Positions 1-9,926 of a DNA stretch of 47,324 nucleotides are shown here, in pieces. The notes below the pieces were generated by a model. The model was not told where the DNA came from. It searched no databases and saw only the letters and a list, made by a program, of their open reading frames with translations. The stretch lies in sequence record SRR31156797_3322. The stretch is one strand, 5' to 3'. A program made the position numbers and the translations under genes. Within the stretch, counting starts at the first letter, position 1, and every line of letters begins with the position of its first letter.

Positions 1-1
1 T

Positions 2-844
2 CTCGAGAAAAAATCGGACGTTGAATACGTTTTACAGACGCCTGAATACGGAAAGTTCAAAGCTGAATTAGATTGGGAGTTCCTCAAGAACACGGCTTTG
101 GAAGCGAAAGTTAACGATGACGGCCACGAATGGGTGGAATTTTTGCATAAAATTGCCTCAAACGTTGTACCGCTGGAAATTGTTTCTCCCCCTTTCCCTT
201 TGGATAAGCTTCATAAGTTAGATGAGTTAATTCCGGCCTTACGTGATGCTGGTGCAAAAGGTACGGATGATTCCGTCGTGGCTGCTTTTGGTGTTCATAT
301 CAACCCAGAGTTGCCAGCGTTCGATGTTGAAACTGTTCACTCCTACCTCAAAGCATTTGGATTGTTGCAATGGTGGCTGAGCGAAGCGCACGATGTAAAC
401 CTAGCGCGGAAAATCAGTCCATATATCCAGCTGTATTCTGAAGAGTATGTGCAGCTGCTGCTAACTAAACACTACTCCAGTATCGATACACTCATTGATG
501 ACTACCTTACTCATAATCCAAGTCGCAACCGCGCATTGGATATGTTGCCTCTGTTTGCGTTTCTCAATGAAGATAAAGTCACCGCTGCTGTTTCAGACAG
601 TAAAGTGAATAAAAGGCCAACATTCCATTACCGATTACCAGATTGTTTAATTGAAGACTCTAACTGGAGTTTCGCCATATCTTGGAACATCTGGTACTGG
701 ATTGAAGTGTTAGCGAATGATACTGATTCTCTGGCATACCTATCCGATCGGTTTCTCGACATGCAATTGCCTCTTGTTGGGGTAAAACGTAATGAGTGGA
801 TTAAGGAAATTAACCAGTGGATAAAAGACCGAGAATTGGGGTAA
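2..844 (+). CDS. Putative amidoligase family protein (COOH-NH2 ligase-like), 5'-truncated by the window edge
   Basis: The frame of ORF 98..844 is open back to position 2 (LEKKSDVEYVLQTPEYGKFKAELDW...). Motifs PLEIVSPP, FGVHINPE, RNRALDMLPLF and RPTFHYRLPDC fit the amidoligase_2 family. Overlaps the downstream C26 gene. Confidence 0.8.
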   Translation, partial: LEKKSDVEYVLQTPEYGKFKAELDWEFLKNTALEAKVNDDGHEWVEFLHKIASNVVPLEIVSPPFPLDKLHKLDELIPALRDAGAKGTDDSVVAAFGVHINPELPAFDVETVHSYLKAFGLLQWWLSEAHDVNLARKISPYIQLYSEEYVQLLLTKHYSSIDTLIDDYLTHNPSRNRALDMLPLFAFLNEDKVTAAVSDSKVNKRPTFHYRLPDCLIEDSNWSFAISWNIWYWIEVLANDTDSLAYLSDRFLDMQLPLVGVKRNEWIKEINQWIKDRELG

Positions 845-1482
845 CGGGTAACGCACGCAGTTGGTCTCCATCATGGTGGTGCACAAAGCTCGCTCTTACG
901 TTGGCGGGTGCAAAGCCCGAAAGGATAAGTGTTAAGCACAAACGAACCGGAGAGCCACTCGATGGCTTAATCATCGGTGGTGGCGACGATATCGATCCTG
1001 AACACTACGGTGGGGAAGCGAGTGAACGTGATGAGTTTGACCCCGAACGTGACCAACTTGAGATAGAATGGATTCACTGGGCTTTAGAGCATGATGTCCC
1101 AATCCTTGGGATTTGCCGTGGGTCACAGTTGATTAACGTTGTGCTTGGTGGAAGTCTGCATGCTGATATCTCTACCTTACGAGAGCTCACCTATAACCGT
1201 CCGGGTTTATTGCCTACGAAACAAGTGTTTGTTGATAGAGATTCATCGCTGTTCGCTTTATGCGGTAAGCCTAAATTGCGGGTGAACAGCTTGCATCATC
1301 AGGCAGTAAAAGATGTTGGAAAGGGGTTACGAGTTGCAGGGCGAGATCTTGATAGCTTTATTCAGTCAATAGAAAGCAGCGAAGATAAACCTATACGTGG
1401 CGTGCAGTGGCACCCTGAGTATCTGTTTTATCTTCCCAGTCAGTTTAAGTTGTTTCGCTGGTTAGTGAACTCAAGCCGTTAA
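817..1482 (+). CDS. Gamma-glutamyl-GABA hydrolase-like peptidase C26 (class I glutamine amidotransferase fold)
   Basis: GGGDDI, nucleophile motif LGICRG, VNSLHHQAV and GVQWHPE (Cys/His/Glu triad). GTG start with AAGGA upstream. Confidence 0.9.
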   Translation: MDKRPRIGVTGNARSWSPSWWCTKLALTLAGAKPERISVKHKRTGEPLDGLIIGGGDDIDPEHYGGEASERDEFDPERDQLEIEWIHWALEHDVPILGICRGSQLINVVLGGSLHADISTLRELTYNRPGLLPTKQVFVDRDSSLFALCGKPKLRVNSLHHQAVKDVGKGLRVAGRDLDSFIQSIESSEDKPIRGVQWHPEYLFYLPSQFKLFRWLVNSSR

Positions 1483-1499
1483 GTTAGCGGTCAGCTGCC

Positions 1500-2087
1500 T
1501 TAGGGCTTCGAAACTCTGTTTAACACATTCTCTAATGTCATGATTCCAAACATGATCTTTCTGACAAATGAATCGGAACTGGCAACAAAGTGATATTTAG
1601 GATGTTTAGACCAAACTTCCTGTAGCTTTTGATCTAGCAGAATCGCTTCTCTGGCACTTTCGCTTCGCACCGGATTGTTACTGCTGATGTCATGCCCGGT
1701 TTCTGCAGCCGATTCAAAGAATATAACGGCATCATAACGAGCGAGTTCCTGCTCGAATGTGGAATCAATAGATTCAAAAAAATCTTGTTCAGAATCAGGC
1801 CAGTAAGCCAGTCCATCGAGAGAGCCTCGGTCGCAGACTAACAGTCTGTCTGGATATTGTGCCTGATGGATTTCTTCTAGGTTCTTTTGTAATTGGTAGA
1901 TGGTTTGCTGCACCATTTTGCACACTTCGGGATCGTCACATCGCGTAACGCCGCCGGAAAACAGCAAAGTAGCCGCTTCCGGAACCACGGTTATCTTCTC
2001 ATTCAGTTCACGACGAAATAGGTCTAAAGCTGTTGTTTTTCCGCCACCAGGGCCACCAGTGACGACTACTTTGAGTTGTTTTTTCAT
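1500..2087 (-). CDS. P-loop NTPase/kinase, AAA_28 (NadR-kinase-like) family
   Basis: N-terminal VVTGGPGGGKTT Walker A, VPEAA and LVCDRG motifs; 195 aa. Confidence 0.8.
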   Translation of the reverse strand: MKKQLKVVVTGGPGGGKTTALDLFRRELNEKITVVPEAATLLFSGGVTRCDDPEVCKMVQQTIYQLQKNLEEIHQAQYPDRLLVCDRGSLDGLAYWPDSEQDFFESIDSTFEQELARYDAVIFFESAAETGHDISSNNPVRSESAREAILLDQKLQEVWSKHPKYHFVASSDSFVRKIMFGIMTLENVLNRVSKP

Positions 2088-2164
2088 GATGGTCTCTAAC
2101 TATTTGGAGAGCTTTATAAAAGTTTAGTCAAAAACCATCAGGTGAGGAGGATGTTTGTGGTTGA

Positions 2165-3160
2165 TTACTTCTGCTGTTCGAGATCAACATTCACCAAAAA
2201 TTCCGCAGTTCCTTCATCAACGATTAAGTCGGACACATACCCACCTAAAATCGCGCCTAAGGTTGCATCGTAGTTTCTCTGACCGCCGGCGAGGAAGATA
2301 CGACGTTCTACTTGTCGCAGTTGAGCTAGGCTAATACCTAAAATACGAAAATCGATATCAGCAACAACTGGGCGACCTAAGCGGTCGTAAAAGCGGCCGC
2401 AGATGACACCCACTGCGCCAAGTTCACGGTAGTTTTGCATCTCTTTCTTAGATAAAACGCCCACTCGAATTAATGGGTTTTCATCTAATGCGTTACCGAC
2501 AACGAACAACGCTTTATTGCAGTGAGTTAGTGCATCAAAGTTTGCTCTTATGATCGGCTCTGCTTGCAGTTCTACCGCAAGTCGTGAGCTTGATACAACG
2601 GCTGGAACGTGTAACGAAACCACGCTCCCTGACAACTTATGTGCAAGCTGGGATGAAGCTTCGATGGTGGTAAAGTCAGGCTGTGCTGGCATAGAACCAA
2701 GCATTTGCATTACGGTGACATTCTTACAAGTCTTGGGCGTCATTACTTCACTCATCTGGTGGATGGTTCGTCCCCAGGCGACACCCAGAACATCTCCGCT
2801 TTCAACAACCTGATTTAAATACATGCCGCCAGCACGAGCAAGACGTTCACGCATAAGCTTAGAATCTTCTCGTTGATTAACGTGCTCCCCATCAGGGACG
2901 ATGACCACTCGCTCAAGCGAAAATTTTTCTTTGATTGCTAATGCACGGTCAATAGAAGAAAATGTGGTTAAATCCAAGTTGATTTGAACCAGTCCTTTCT
3001 CCCTCGCTGTTTGCAGGTACTTCACTACTGTTACGCGGGAGACACCCATTAACTTGGCGACTTCGGTTTGACTGAGCCCTTCCTGATAATAGAGCCAAGT
3101 TGCGTGAAGAATCGGGTCATTATTAAATGAACTGACATTTTTTAATACAGCATCGGTCAT
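2165..3160 (-). CDS. SorC/DeoR-family sugar-binding transcriptional regulator
   Basis: N-terminal WLYYQEGLSQTEVAKLMGVSRVTV HTH; GVAWGRT and GVICGRFYD sugar-binding-domain motifs; divergent from the sugar operon. Confidence 0.92.
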   Translation of the reverse strand: MTDAVLKNVSSFNNDPILHATWLYYQEGLSQTEVAKLMGVSRVTVVKYLQTAREKGLVQINLDLTTFSSIDRALAIKEKFSLERVVIVPDGEHVNQREDSKLMRERLARAGGMYLNQVVESGDVLGVAWGRTIHQMSEVMTPKTCKNVTVMQMLGSMPAQPDFTTIEASSQLAHKLSGSVVSLHVPAVVSSSRLAVELQAEPIIRANFDALTHCNKALFVVGNALDENPLIRVGVLSKKEMQNYRELGAVGVICGRFYDRLGRPVVADIDFRILGISLAQLRQVERRIFLAGGQRNYDATLGAILGGYVSDLIVDEGTAEFLVNVDLEQQK

Positions 3161-3295
3161 TGACTGCTATTCCTTGCTTATATCGCGATCGTAAATTTAC
3201 ATCTGCGGATAATTATAAAATGTTTATTCAGTGGCATAAACAGTTTGAACTTAATATACTTTTGTATTGTTGTAAATACAAAAGGAAATATAGTT

Positions 3296-3727
3296 ATGCT
3301 TAAACATATCGATCCACTCTTGAGTGCGGAACTGCTATTTGCATTGGATAAAATGGGCCACGGTGATCGACTGGCTATCGTTGATGCAAACTTTCCTTCA
3401 TATTCTCATAGTAGTAATACTCATATATCGCTTACTGGCGTTGACGCTTCTACTGTGTTGACGAGTGTTTTGAAACACTTTCCTCTTGATGCATTTACTG
3501 AAACACCATTTTTGATAATGGCTCAAGATGGAAGTCAGGAACTGACTGAATCAGCGCAAGATTTTATTAATGTTCAACGATCTTCGGAAGAAGATTCACA
3601 TCAGTATACGCTGGTGGATAGGCAGGATTTTTATCAAATAGCCAAGTCGTGTCAATTAGTGATTAGAACCAATGATCGCCGAGCATACGCGTGTATGGTT
3701 TTACAAAAAGGCGTGATCTTTGACTAG
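3296..3727 (+). CDS. RbsD/FucU family sugar mutarotase/pyranase
   Basis: MLKHIDPLLS...MGHGDRLAIVDANFP and C-terminal YACMVLQKGVI. Start placed at ATG 3296 after AAAGGA. Confidence 0.9.
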   Translation: MLKHIDPLLSAELLFALDKMGHGDRLAIVDANFPSYSHSSNTHISLTGVDASTVLTSVLKHFPLDAFTETPFLIMAQDGSQELTESAQDFINVQRSSEEDSHQYTLVDRQDFYQIAKSCQLVIRTNDRRAYACMVLQKGVIFD

Positions 3728-3747
3728 TGTCTAATTTTTTACAACCG

Positions 3748-3774
3748 TGAGTACCCACTGGGTGCTCATTTTTT
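3748..3774 (+). terminator. Intrinsic terminator after the RbsD/FucU gene
   Basis: TGAGTACCC-ACT-GGGTGCTCA stem followed by TTTTTT. Confidence 0.75.
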
Positions 3775-3778
3775 AATC

Positions 3779-3794
3779 TGCTATCTCCATCACA
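3779..3794 (+). promoter_or_regulatory. Candidate CRP site upstream of the ABC-mtnK-mtnA-ald2 operon
   Basis: TGCTA-tctcca-TCACA versus consensus TGTGA-N6-TCACA. A TAATAT at 3817-3822 fits class II promoter geometry. Confidence 0.55.
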
Positions 3795-3799
3795 GAAAG

Positions 3800-3835
3800 A
3801 TTTACAATTGTTCTTCTAATATTACGTTTGTAAAT
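3800..3835. promoter_or_regulatory. Candidate operator pair for the SorC-family regulator
   Basis: TTACAATTGTTC (3802) and palindromic TTACGTTTGTAA (3822), 20 bp apart and flanking the putative -10. A related ATACTTTTGTAT lies at 3256. Confidence 0.4.
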
Positions 3836-3858
3836 TTTGACGGCAGATGGAGTGGGTC

Positions 3859-5409
3859 ATGTCAAAAATATCCAACACAATAGAGATACGTGCCATTAAA
3901 AAAGCATTTGGCCAAAATACTGTATTGCATGATGTGAGCTTAACCATTCAGGGTGGCAGTGTACTCGCATTAATGGGAGCGAATGGTGCGGGCAAGTCTA
4001 CGTTAGTAAAAATACTCAGCGGTGTTTACAGCGCAGACGATGGTGAAATATTGATCAATGGTAAGAAGGCGGACGTGTCTACACCGCAATCGGCTCGTGA
4101 TGCTGGCATTATTACCGTTCACCAAATTATCAACGATGGGGTTGTGCAAGATCTCAATGTGGCCGAAAACCTTTTGCTCGACAAACTTTGTGATGGCCGC
4201 TTTGGAACTTACATCTCAAAGAAAGCACTGGAAGCACAGGCAAAGCCATTGGCTGACAAAATAGGACTTACTCTGCCGTTAGATACTCAGGTGTCTGAGT
4301 TGTCGCAAGCGGATAAACAGCTAGTGGCAATTGCTCGCGCTATTTCCGACAAACCTAAGTTGCTTATCCTGGATGAGCCGACTTCGTCCCTTTCTGACAC
4401 CGAATCGATCAAGCTGTTTGAAGCGGTAAAAACCATGCGTAGCCAAGGTGTTGCGGTGGTTTATATTTCTCATCGAATGTCAGATATTCGTACGTTGGCA
4501 GATAACATAGCCGCACTGCGTGAAGGACGAATCGTCGGTTACTTCGAGCCACCACTGGATTACGATGCTGCGGTGGATTCAATGCTGGGCCATGCGGTGG
4601 GTGCTGTTAGCCATCAATATCAGTCTGGAGAGAAAAAGGTTCTTGAACTGATTGATGTACAACTCAAGCCTGAAACAGAGCCATTCAACTTGTCTTTCCA
4701 CACCGGTGAGGTGGTCGTACTGACAGGGCTATTATCTTCGGGATGTACTTCGGTTGTCGAAGGTATATTTGGGATGACCCCATTTGCTTCAGGGCAAATT
4801 ATGCTGGATGGTAAACATTGGGCACCCAGTCACCCTACCCATGCAATAGAGAGCGGTGTGTTTATGGTTCAAGAGGACCGAGGCAACAACGCACTGATCC
4901 CCGATTTTTCGATAGAGAAGAATGTCAGCCTTCCGTTTTTGAAACGATTCTCTACGTTTGGTTTTATTGATACCAAAAAGGAAAAACAGGTGGTTGAAGA
5001 AGCCATTCAAACCACCAAAGTCAAATATTCAGACCAAACCGAGTTAATGACCACGCTGTCGGGTGGTAATCAACAAAAGGCAATGGTTGCAAGGTGGATG
5101 ATCGATGAGTGCCGAGTTCTTCTGCTCAATGAACCCTTTCAGGGTGTTGATATTTCTTCTCGCCGACAGATAGGTCAACTGCTAAGAAACACGGCGACCG
5201 ACCGAGCGACGATAGCCGTGTGTACCGATATTGAAGAGGCACTTGAAATTGCTGATCGGATTATTGTTTTTAACCATAACCGGTTAATAGGAATACACCA
5301 GATTGATCAGGTACATATGCCGACACTGATTAAGCAAATCGCTGCCGCCCCAACCCCAAATAATAACAACACAACAATAGAGGAAGTGACTGATGAAAAA
5401 TACGCGTGA
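3859..5409 (+). CDS. Sugar ABC transporter ATP-binding protein (CUT2, tandem NBDs)
   Basis: GANGAGKST, LILDEPT, LSGGNQQK; RbsA-like length. Start at ATG 3859 after GGAG. Confidence 0.93.
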   Translation: MSKISNTIEIRAIKKAFGQNTVLHDVSLTIQGGSVLALMGANGAGKSTLVKILSGVYSADDGEILINGKKADVSTPQSARDAGIITVHQIINDGVVQDLNVAENLLLDKLCDGRFGTYISKKALEAQAKPLADKIGLTLPLDTQVSELSQADKQLVAIARAISDKPKLLILDEPTSSLSDTESIKLFEAVKTMRSQGVAVVYISHRMSDIRTLADNIAALREGRIVGYFEPPLDYDAAVDSMLGHAVGAVSHQYQSGEKKVLELIDVQLKPETEPFNLSFHTGEVVVLTGLLSSGCTSVVEGIFGMTPFASGQIMLDGKHWAPSHPTHAIESGVFMVQEDRGNNALIPDFSIEKNVSLPFLKRFSTFGFIDTKKEKQVVEEAIQTTKVKYSDQTELMTTLSGGNQQKAMVARWMIDECRVLLLNEPFQGVDISSRRQIGQLLRNTATDRATIAVCTDIEEALEIADRIIVFNHNRLIGIHQIDQVHMPTLIKQIAAAPTPNNNNTTIEEVTDEKYA

Positions 5410-6376
5410 ATTTGCCATTAAGTATGGATTGCTGATTCTGCTAGCAATGATGTTAGTGCTTTTTTCCGTCGCCGAACCCGCGTTCTTAAGCACAATCAAC
5501 ATGATGATTATTCTTCAGTCAGTATCAATTGTTGCGATTTTGGCGTTAGGGGTTACAGCGACCTTGGCGGTGGATGGCTTTGATCTTTCCATCGGTTCTA
5601 CCGCAGCATTTTCCATGATGACTGCAAGTTATGTCATGGTGGTATTTGATGGCGGTACAACGATGGCGATTCTCGCCGCAATTACGGTCGGCGTTATCGT
5701 TGGCTTAGTTAATGGCTTTATGACAGTGCAAATGAAGGTGCCCGATCTGCTAACCACACTGGGCATGATGTTCCTATTATTGGGTCTTCAATTAATACCG
5801 ACTCAGGGACGCTCAATTTCAACGGGCATGAGCCTTGCCAATGGTGAAACCGCCAGTGGAACGTTTTCTGAAAGCTTTCTGTTTCTGGGTCGTGCTCGGA
5901 TTTTTGACATCATTCCTGTTCCGGTAGTGATCATGCTGGTACTGGCTGTGATTACTTACCTATTTTTGGAGAGAACACGCCATGGGCGCGTTATGTACGC
6001 GATTGGCTCGAATGAGCAAGCGGCCAAACTGGCGGGTGCTCGCGTTAAGTTCTATCGCTATGTCGCGTATGTGATGTCAGGTGTATACGCATCAATTGGT
6101 GGAATACTTTTGGCTGCGAGAATTGGTCGTGGCGATGTGAGTTCTGGTAACTCTCTATTAATGGATGGCGTAGCTGGTGCTTTGATCGGTTTCGCCGTGC
6201 TTGGGGCGGCTAGACCCAATGCACAAGGTTCGGCTATCGGTGCGCTGTTCGTCGGGGTACTGCTAAACGGACTGACCATGATGAACACCCCTTACTACAC
6301 GCAAGACTTTATCAAAGGCATGGTACTAGTCGCGGCGTTAATGTTTACATTTGGCTTATCCAACAAACGTGCATAA
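5393..6376 (+). CDS. Sugar ABC transporter permease (RbsC-like)
   Basis: Hydrophobic; DLSIGS and GRVMYAIGSNEQAAKLAG motifs. Confidence 0.93.
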   Translation: MKNTREFAIKYGLLILLAMMLVLFSVAEPAFLSTINMMIILQSVSIVAILALGVTATLAVDGFDLSIGSTAAFSMMTASYVMVVFDGGTTMAILAAITVGVIVGLVNGFMTVQMKVPDLLTTLGMMFLLLGLQLIPTQGRSISTGMSLANGETASGTFSESFLFLGRARIFDIIPVPVVIMLVLAVITYLFLERTRHGRVMYAIGSNEQAAKLAGARVKFYRYVAYVMSGVYASIGGILLAARIGRGDVSSGNSLLMDGVAGALIGFAVLGAARPNAQGSAIGALFVGVLLNGLTMMNTPYYTQDFIKGMVLVAALMFTFGLSNKRA

Positions 6377-6392
6377 CAATAAGGAAATTATA

Positions 6393-7430
6393 ATGAAAAC
6401 CTTCAATAAAATAACACTATGCGCTTCTATCGCAGGTGCAATGGTTTCTGGTTTCGCAACGGCAAATACAGAAAACCCATTCGAAGGAAAAGAGATTCGT
6501 ATCGCTCATGTTAGGTACTTGTCACAAGGTGATTTTCCAGAGTTGTATCTAAAAGGTGTAAAACGTCAGGCAGAAGCCTTGGGCTTTGAATTGGATGTTT
6601 ACGATGCTCGTCAAGATGCATCGTTACAACGCAATCAGTTAGAGCAGGCGATCATGAAAGGTTATGACGGTATCGTGCTGCAGCATGGCTTTACCGACTC
6701 AATCAAAGATTTGGCAGATTTGGCGGTACAGAACAACATCAAAGTGGTTGCGTTTGACGTCAATGCTGAGAATCCAAGCATTCCTCAAATCAACCAAGAT
6801 GATCACTTAATTGCACGCATGTCTTTAGAGCAAGCAGTGAAAGATAATGGTGAATCATGGAAAGCGGCTTATGTGTACGTGCCAGGTATCCCGCCGCTAG
6901 ACCGACGTGACGAAGTATTTACCGAGTTCAAAGCGAAGTATCCAAACATCAATGAGATTTCTCGTTTCGGTACCATGAACAACCCAATACCAAATCAAGT
7001 TGCAGACCAAGCAGCCGCAGTGTTCCGTGCGAACCCTGATATTTCTGTTGCGTTTTCACCTTATGACGAGTTTGCCAAAGGCATCAAGATCGCGGTTGAT
7101 GAAGCGGGACTATCAAGTAATGTGAAAATTTACAGCGCGGATATTTCTAACTCAGATATTCAGGCAATGCGTGAACCAAATAGTGCATGGGTAGCGACGG
7201 TGGCGACTAACCCGTCGATTATGGGTGAAGTTAGTGTTCGTGCTTTGGCGACTTTACTGAAAGGTGAAGCTGTTGCTAGCCAAGTAACGGTGCCACCGGT
7301 TCTGATCACGCAAGAGATGTTGAACAAGCAGAACATCAAAAACATGGATGACTTAGTGAAGAAAATTCCTTCGTTCTCATCATCAGATGTACTGGTATCT
7401 GACTGGATGCCAATGCCAAAAATGAACTGA
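6393..7430 (+). CDS. Sugar ABC transporter periplasmic binding protein (candidate 5-methylthio/5-deoxy-ribose binding)
   Basis: Signal peptide MKTFNKITLCASIAGAMVSGFATA after AAGGA; type I periplasmic binding protein pattern; operon context. Confidence 0.88.
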   Translation: MKTFNKITLCASIAGAMVSGFATANTENPFEGKEIRIAHVRYLSQGDFPELYLKGVKRQAEALGFELDVYDARQDASLQRNQLEQAIMKGYDGIVLQHGFTDSIKDLADLAVQNNIKVVAFDVNAENPSIPQINQDDHLIARMSLEQAVKDNGESWKAAYVYVPGIPPLDRRDEVFTEFKAKYPNINEISRFGTMNNPIPNQVADQAAAVFRANPDISVAFSPYDEFAKGIKIAVDEAGLSSNVKIYSADISNSDIQAMREPNSAWVATVATNPSIMGEVSVRALATLLKGEAVASQVTVPPVLITQEMLNKQNIKNMDDLVKKIPSFSSSDVLVSDWMPMPKMN

Positions 7431-7495
7431 TCGTTTGTCAAAAGGGAGAAGATTTTCTCCCTAATCACAATTTAATCATATTTAGGATGGTCGTT

Positions 7496-8761
7496 ATGTC
7501 GAATACCGTTCCAGCTGGCTACACGCCGTTAAATAGTGAATCGTTACCTCAATACTTGCATGGCAAGCTGCCTAGTGATTTGGAACTGGGCGGAGAACCC
7601 AATCAGTGGACAGTGAGTGAAGTTGGTGATGGCAACTTGAACTTAGTTTTTATTGTCCAAGGTTTAGCTAAGACTATCGTTGTCAAACAAGCATTGCCAT
7701 ACGTTAGAGCCGCTGGCGAAAGCTGGCAGTTGTCACTGACGCGCGCTTTTTTTGAGTACAACGTGTTAAACATAGAAGCCGAAGTTGCAGGGCACGATCT
7801 AGTCCCTCAAGTGTATTTTTACGACCAAGATATGGCGATATTTGCCATGGAGTATTTGTCGAACCATATCATTTTGCGTAAAGAATTGATTGCCGGAAAA
7901 ACCTTCTCGAGTCTTGGCGAAGATGTAGGGGTGTTCCTCGCCAAAACACTTTTTTATACGTCAGATCTGGGAATGGATGCGGCAGAGAAAAAAGCATTGG
8001 TGTCTAAATTTGCCGTCAACCACGAACTGTGCAAAATCACAGAAGACCTCATATTTACAGAGCCTTACTACGATGCAGAGCGCAATAACTGGAACTCTCC
8101 AGAGCTAGATGAGGATGTTCGCAAAGTGTGGAATGACGAGGAGATGATCCAAGTTGCCATGCGTTACAAATACAAGTTTATGACCGAAGCACAAGCCTTA
8201 CTGCATGGTGATTTGCATTCCGGATCCATCATGGTGACGGATACCGATACTAAAGTCATCGATCCTGAGTTTGGTTTTATGGGGCCAATGGCATTCGATA
8301 TTGGTAACTATATCGGCAACTTACTGATGGCTTACTTCTCACGCCCAGGTTGGGAAACAGATGAGGCGGCATGTCGTGAATCACAGGATTACTTGTTGCA
8401 GCAAGTTTCCGTGACTTGGGAGGTGTTTGTTTCACACTTTACTGAACTGTGGAATGACAAACAGCAAGGCGAAGCTTACCCAACAGAAATCTACCAAAAT
8501 GGTTTGGGTGAACGTGCGCTAAAAGCCGCCCAGCATGAATTCTTTGCCACTCTATTTGAAGACACTTTAGTCAACGCAGGTTTAGAAATGAACCGACGCA
8601 TTATTGGTTTTGCGGGTGTTGCTGATTTTAAACAAATTGAAAGCCCAGAGCTTCGTGGCGAATGTCAACGCCGAGCATTGAAATTGGCACGAGAGCTGAT
8701 TGTGAACGCTAAAAATTATCGAGATGTCGCCGCTGTGGCTCAACTCGTGCAAAGTTGTTAA
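7496..8761 (+). CDS. mtnK: S-methyl-5-thioribose / 5-deoxyribose kinase
   Basis: EVGDGNLNLVF, VKQALPYVR, ITEDLIFTEPY, LLHGDLHSGS, VIDPEF and RRIIGFAGVAD are MtnK signatures. Confidence 0.95.
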   Translation: MSNTVPAGYTPLNSESLPQYLHGKLPSDLELGGEPNQWTVSEVGDGNLNLVFIVQGLAKTIVVKQALPYVRAAGESWQLSLTRAFFEYNVLNIEAEVAGHDLVPQVYFYDQDMAIFAMEYLSNHIILRKELIAGKTFSSLGEDVGVFLAKTLFYTSDLGMDAAEKKALVSKFAVNHELCKITEDLIFTEPYYDAERNNWNSPELDEDVRKVWNDEEMIQVAMRYKYKFMTEAQALLHGDLHSGSIMVTDTDTKVIDPEFGFMGPMAFDIGNYIGNLLMAYFSRPGWETDEAACRESQDYLLQQVSVTWEVFVSHFTELWNDKQQGEAYPTEIYQNGLGERALKAAQHEFFATLFEDTLVNAGLEMNRRIIGFAGVADFKQIESPELRGECQRRALKLARELIVNAKNYRDVAAVAQLVQSC

Positions 8762-8770
8762 GAGGTCACT

Positions 8771-9877
8771 ATGAAAATTAATGGAAAACACCAACGTACA
8801 GTATGGCTGGGTCAAGATGGTTGGTCGGTAGAAATTCTCGATCAAACCAAGCTGCCATTTGATGTTCAAGTCATCTCTCTTACATCAATGGAACAAGCCG
8901 CTAAAGCGATCAAAGATATGTGGGTAAGGGGAGCTCCGCTTATTGGTGCGGTTGCTGCCTATGGAATGGCATTGGGAATGAAAGAAGATGCCAGCGATGA
9001 GCACTTGCAAAAATGCTATGACGTGTTGATTGATACACGCCCGACAGCGATTAATCTCAAGTGGGCGTTGGATAGGGTGTTTGCAGAACTAAATCATAAG
9101 TCCGCTGAAGAGCGCCAATCTATTGCTTATCAACTGGCGGCTCATATCGCTGATGAAGATGTTCAGTTGTGTGAGAGCATTGGCGAAAATGGTTTAGAAA
9201 TCATTAAACAAATTGCCAGTAACAAGCCAGAACGTAGCACAATCAATATTCTTACTCACTGTAATGCGGGTTGGCTAGCAACGGTAGATTGGGGTACAGC
9301 GATTTCTCCGATTTACAAAGCGCATGAAGCGGGTATCAAAGTGCATGTTTGGGTAGATGAAACCCGACCTCGCAACCAAGGATTGCTGACGGCGTTCGAG
9401 CTTGGCTCTCACGGGGTTCCTCATACCTTGATCGCGGATAACGTCGGCGGGCACTTAATGCAGCATGGTGAAGTGGATCTGTGTATTGTCGGTACGGATA
9501 GAACCACAGCGAAAGGTGATGTGTGTAATAAAATTGGCACCTATCTGAAAGCGTTAGCTGCTCATGACAACAAGGTTCCATTTTATGTGGCGCTGCCATC
9601 ACCAACCATAGACTGGACTGTTTATGATGGCGTTAAAGAGATCCCTATCGAGCAACGCTCTGGGGAAGAGCAATCTCATGTGTATGGTATCGATCCGTCT
9701 GGCAAGTTGAGCTGGGTCAACACGGCTCCGAAGGGAACTGAATGTGGAAACTACGCCTTTGACGTTACGCCAGCCAAATACGTTACGGGTTTTATTACCG
9801 AACGCGGTGTTTGTGAAGCAACAGAGAGCGCACTGTCCGCTATGTTTGCTGACCTCAAAGCCCCAGAAATTGCTTAG
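8771..9877 (+). CDS. mtnA: S-methyl-5-thioribose-1-phosphate isomerase
   Basis: [57 protein letters not shown]. Confidence 0.96.
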   Translation: MKINGKHQRTVWLGQDGWSVEILDQTKLPFDVQVISLTSMEQAAKAIKDMWVRGAPLIGAVAAYGMALGMKEDASDEHLQKCYDVLIDTRPTAINLKWALDRVFAELNHKSAEERQSIAYQLAAHIADEDVQLCESIGENGLEIIKQIASNKPERSTINILTHCNAGWLATVDWGTAISPIYKAHEAGIKVHVWVDETRPRNQGLLTAFELGSHGVPHTLIADNVGGHLMQHGEVDLCIVGTDRTTAKGDVCNKIGTYLKALAAHDNKVPFYVALPSPTIDWTVYDGVKEIPIEQRSGEEQSHVYGIDPSGKLSWVNTAPKGTECGNYAFDVTPAKYVTGFITERGVCEATESALSAMFADLKAPEIA

Positions 9878-9926
9878 TCTGCTTTAATACGGAGCCGACA
9901 GGCTCCTTTTCTTTAAGGACGCTGTG

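Noticed and set aside
3161-3858. SAM riboswitch or MetJ boxes upstream of the mtn genes
   Set aside because: No tandem AGACGTCT-like boxes or recognisable SAM aptamer were seen by eye.
4700-5409. Degenerate second NBD (GLLSSGCTS, LLLNEP) as a sign of pseudogenisation
   Set aside because: A degenerate second site is normal in CUT2 sugar ABC ATPases, and the frame is intact.
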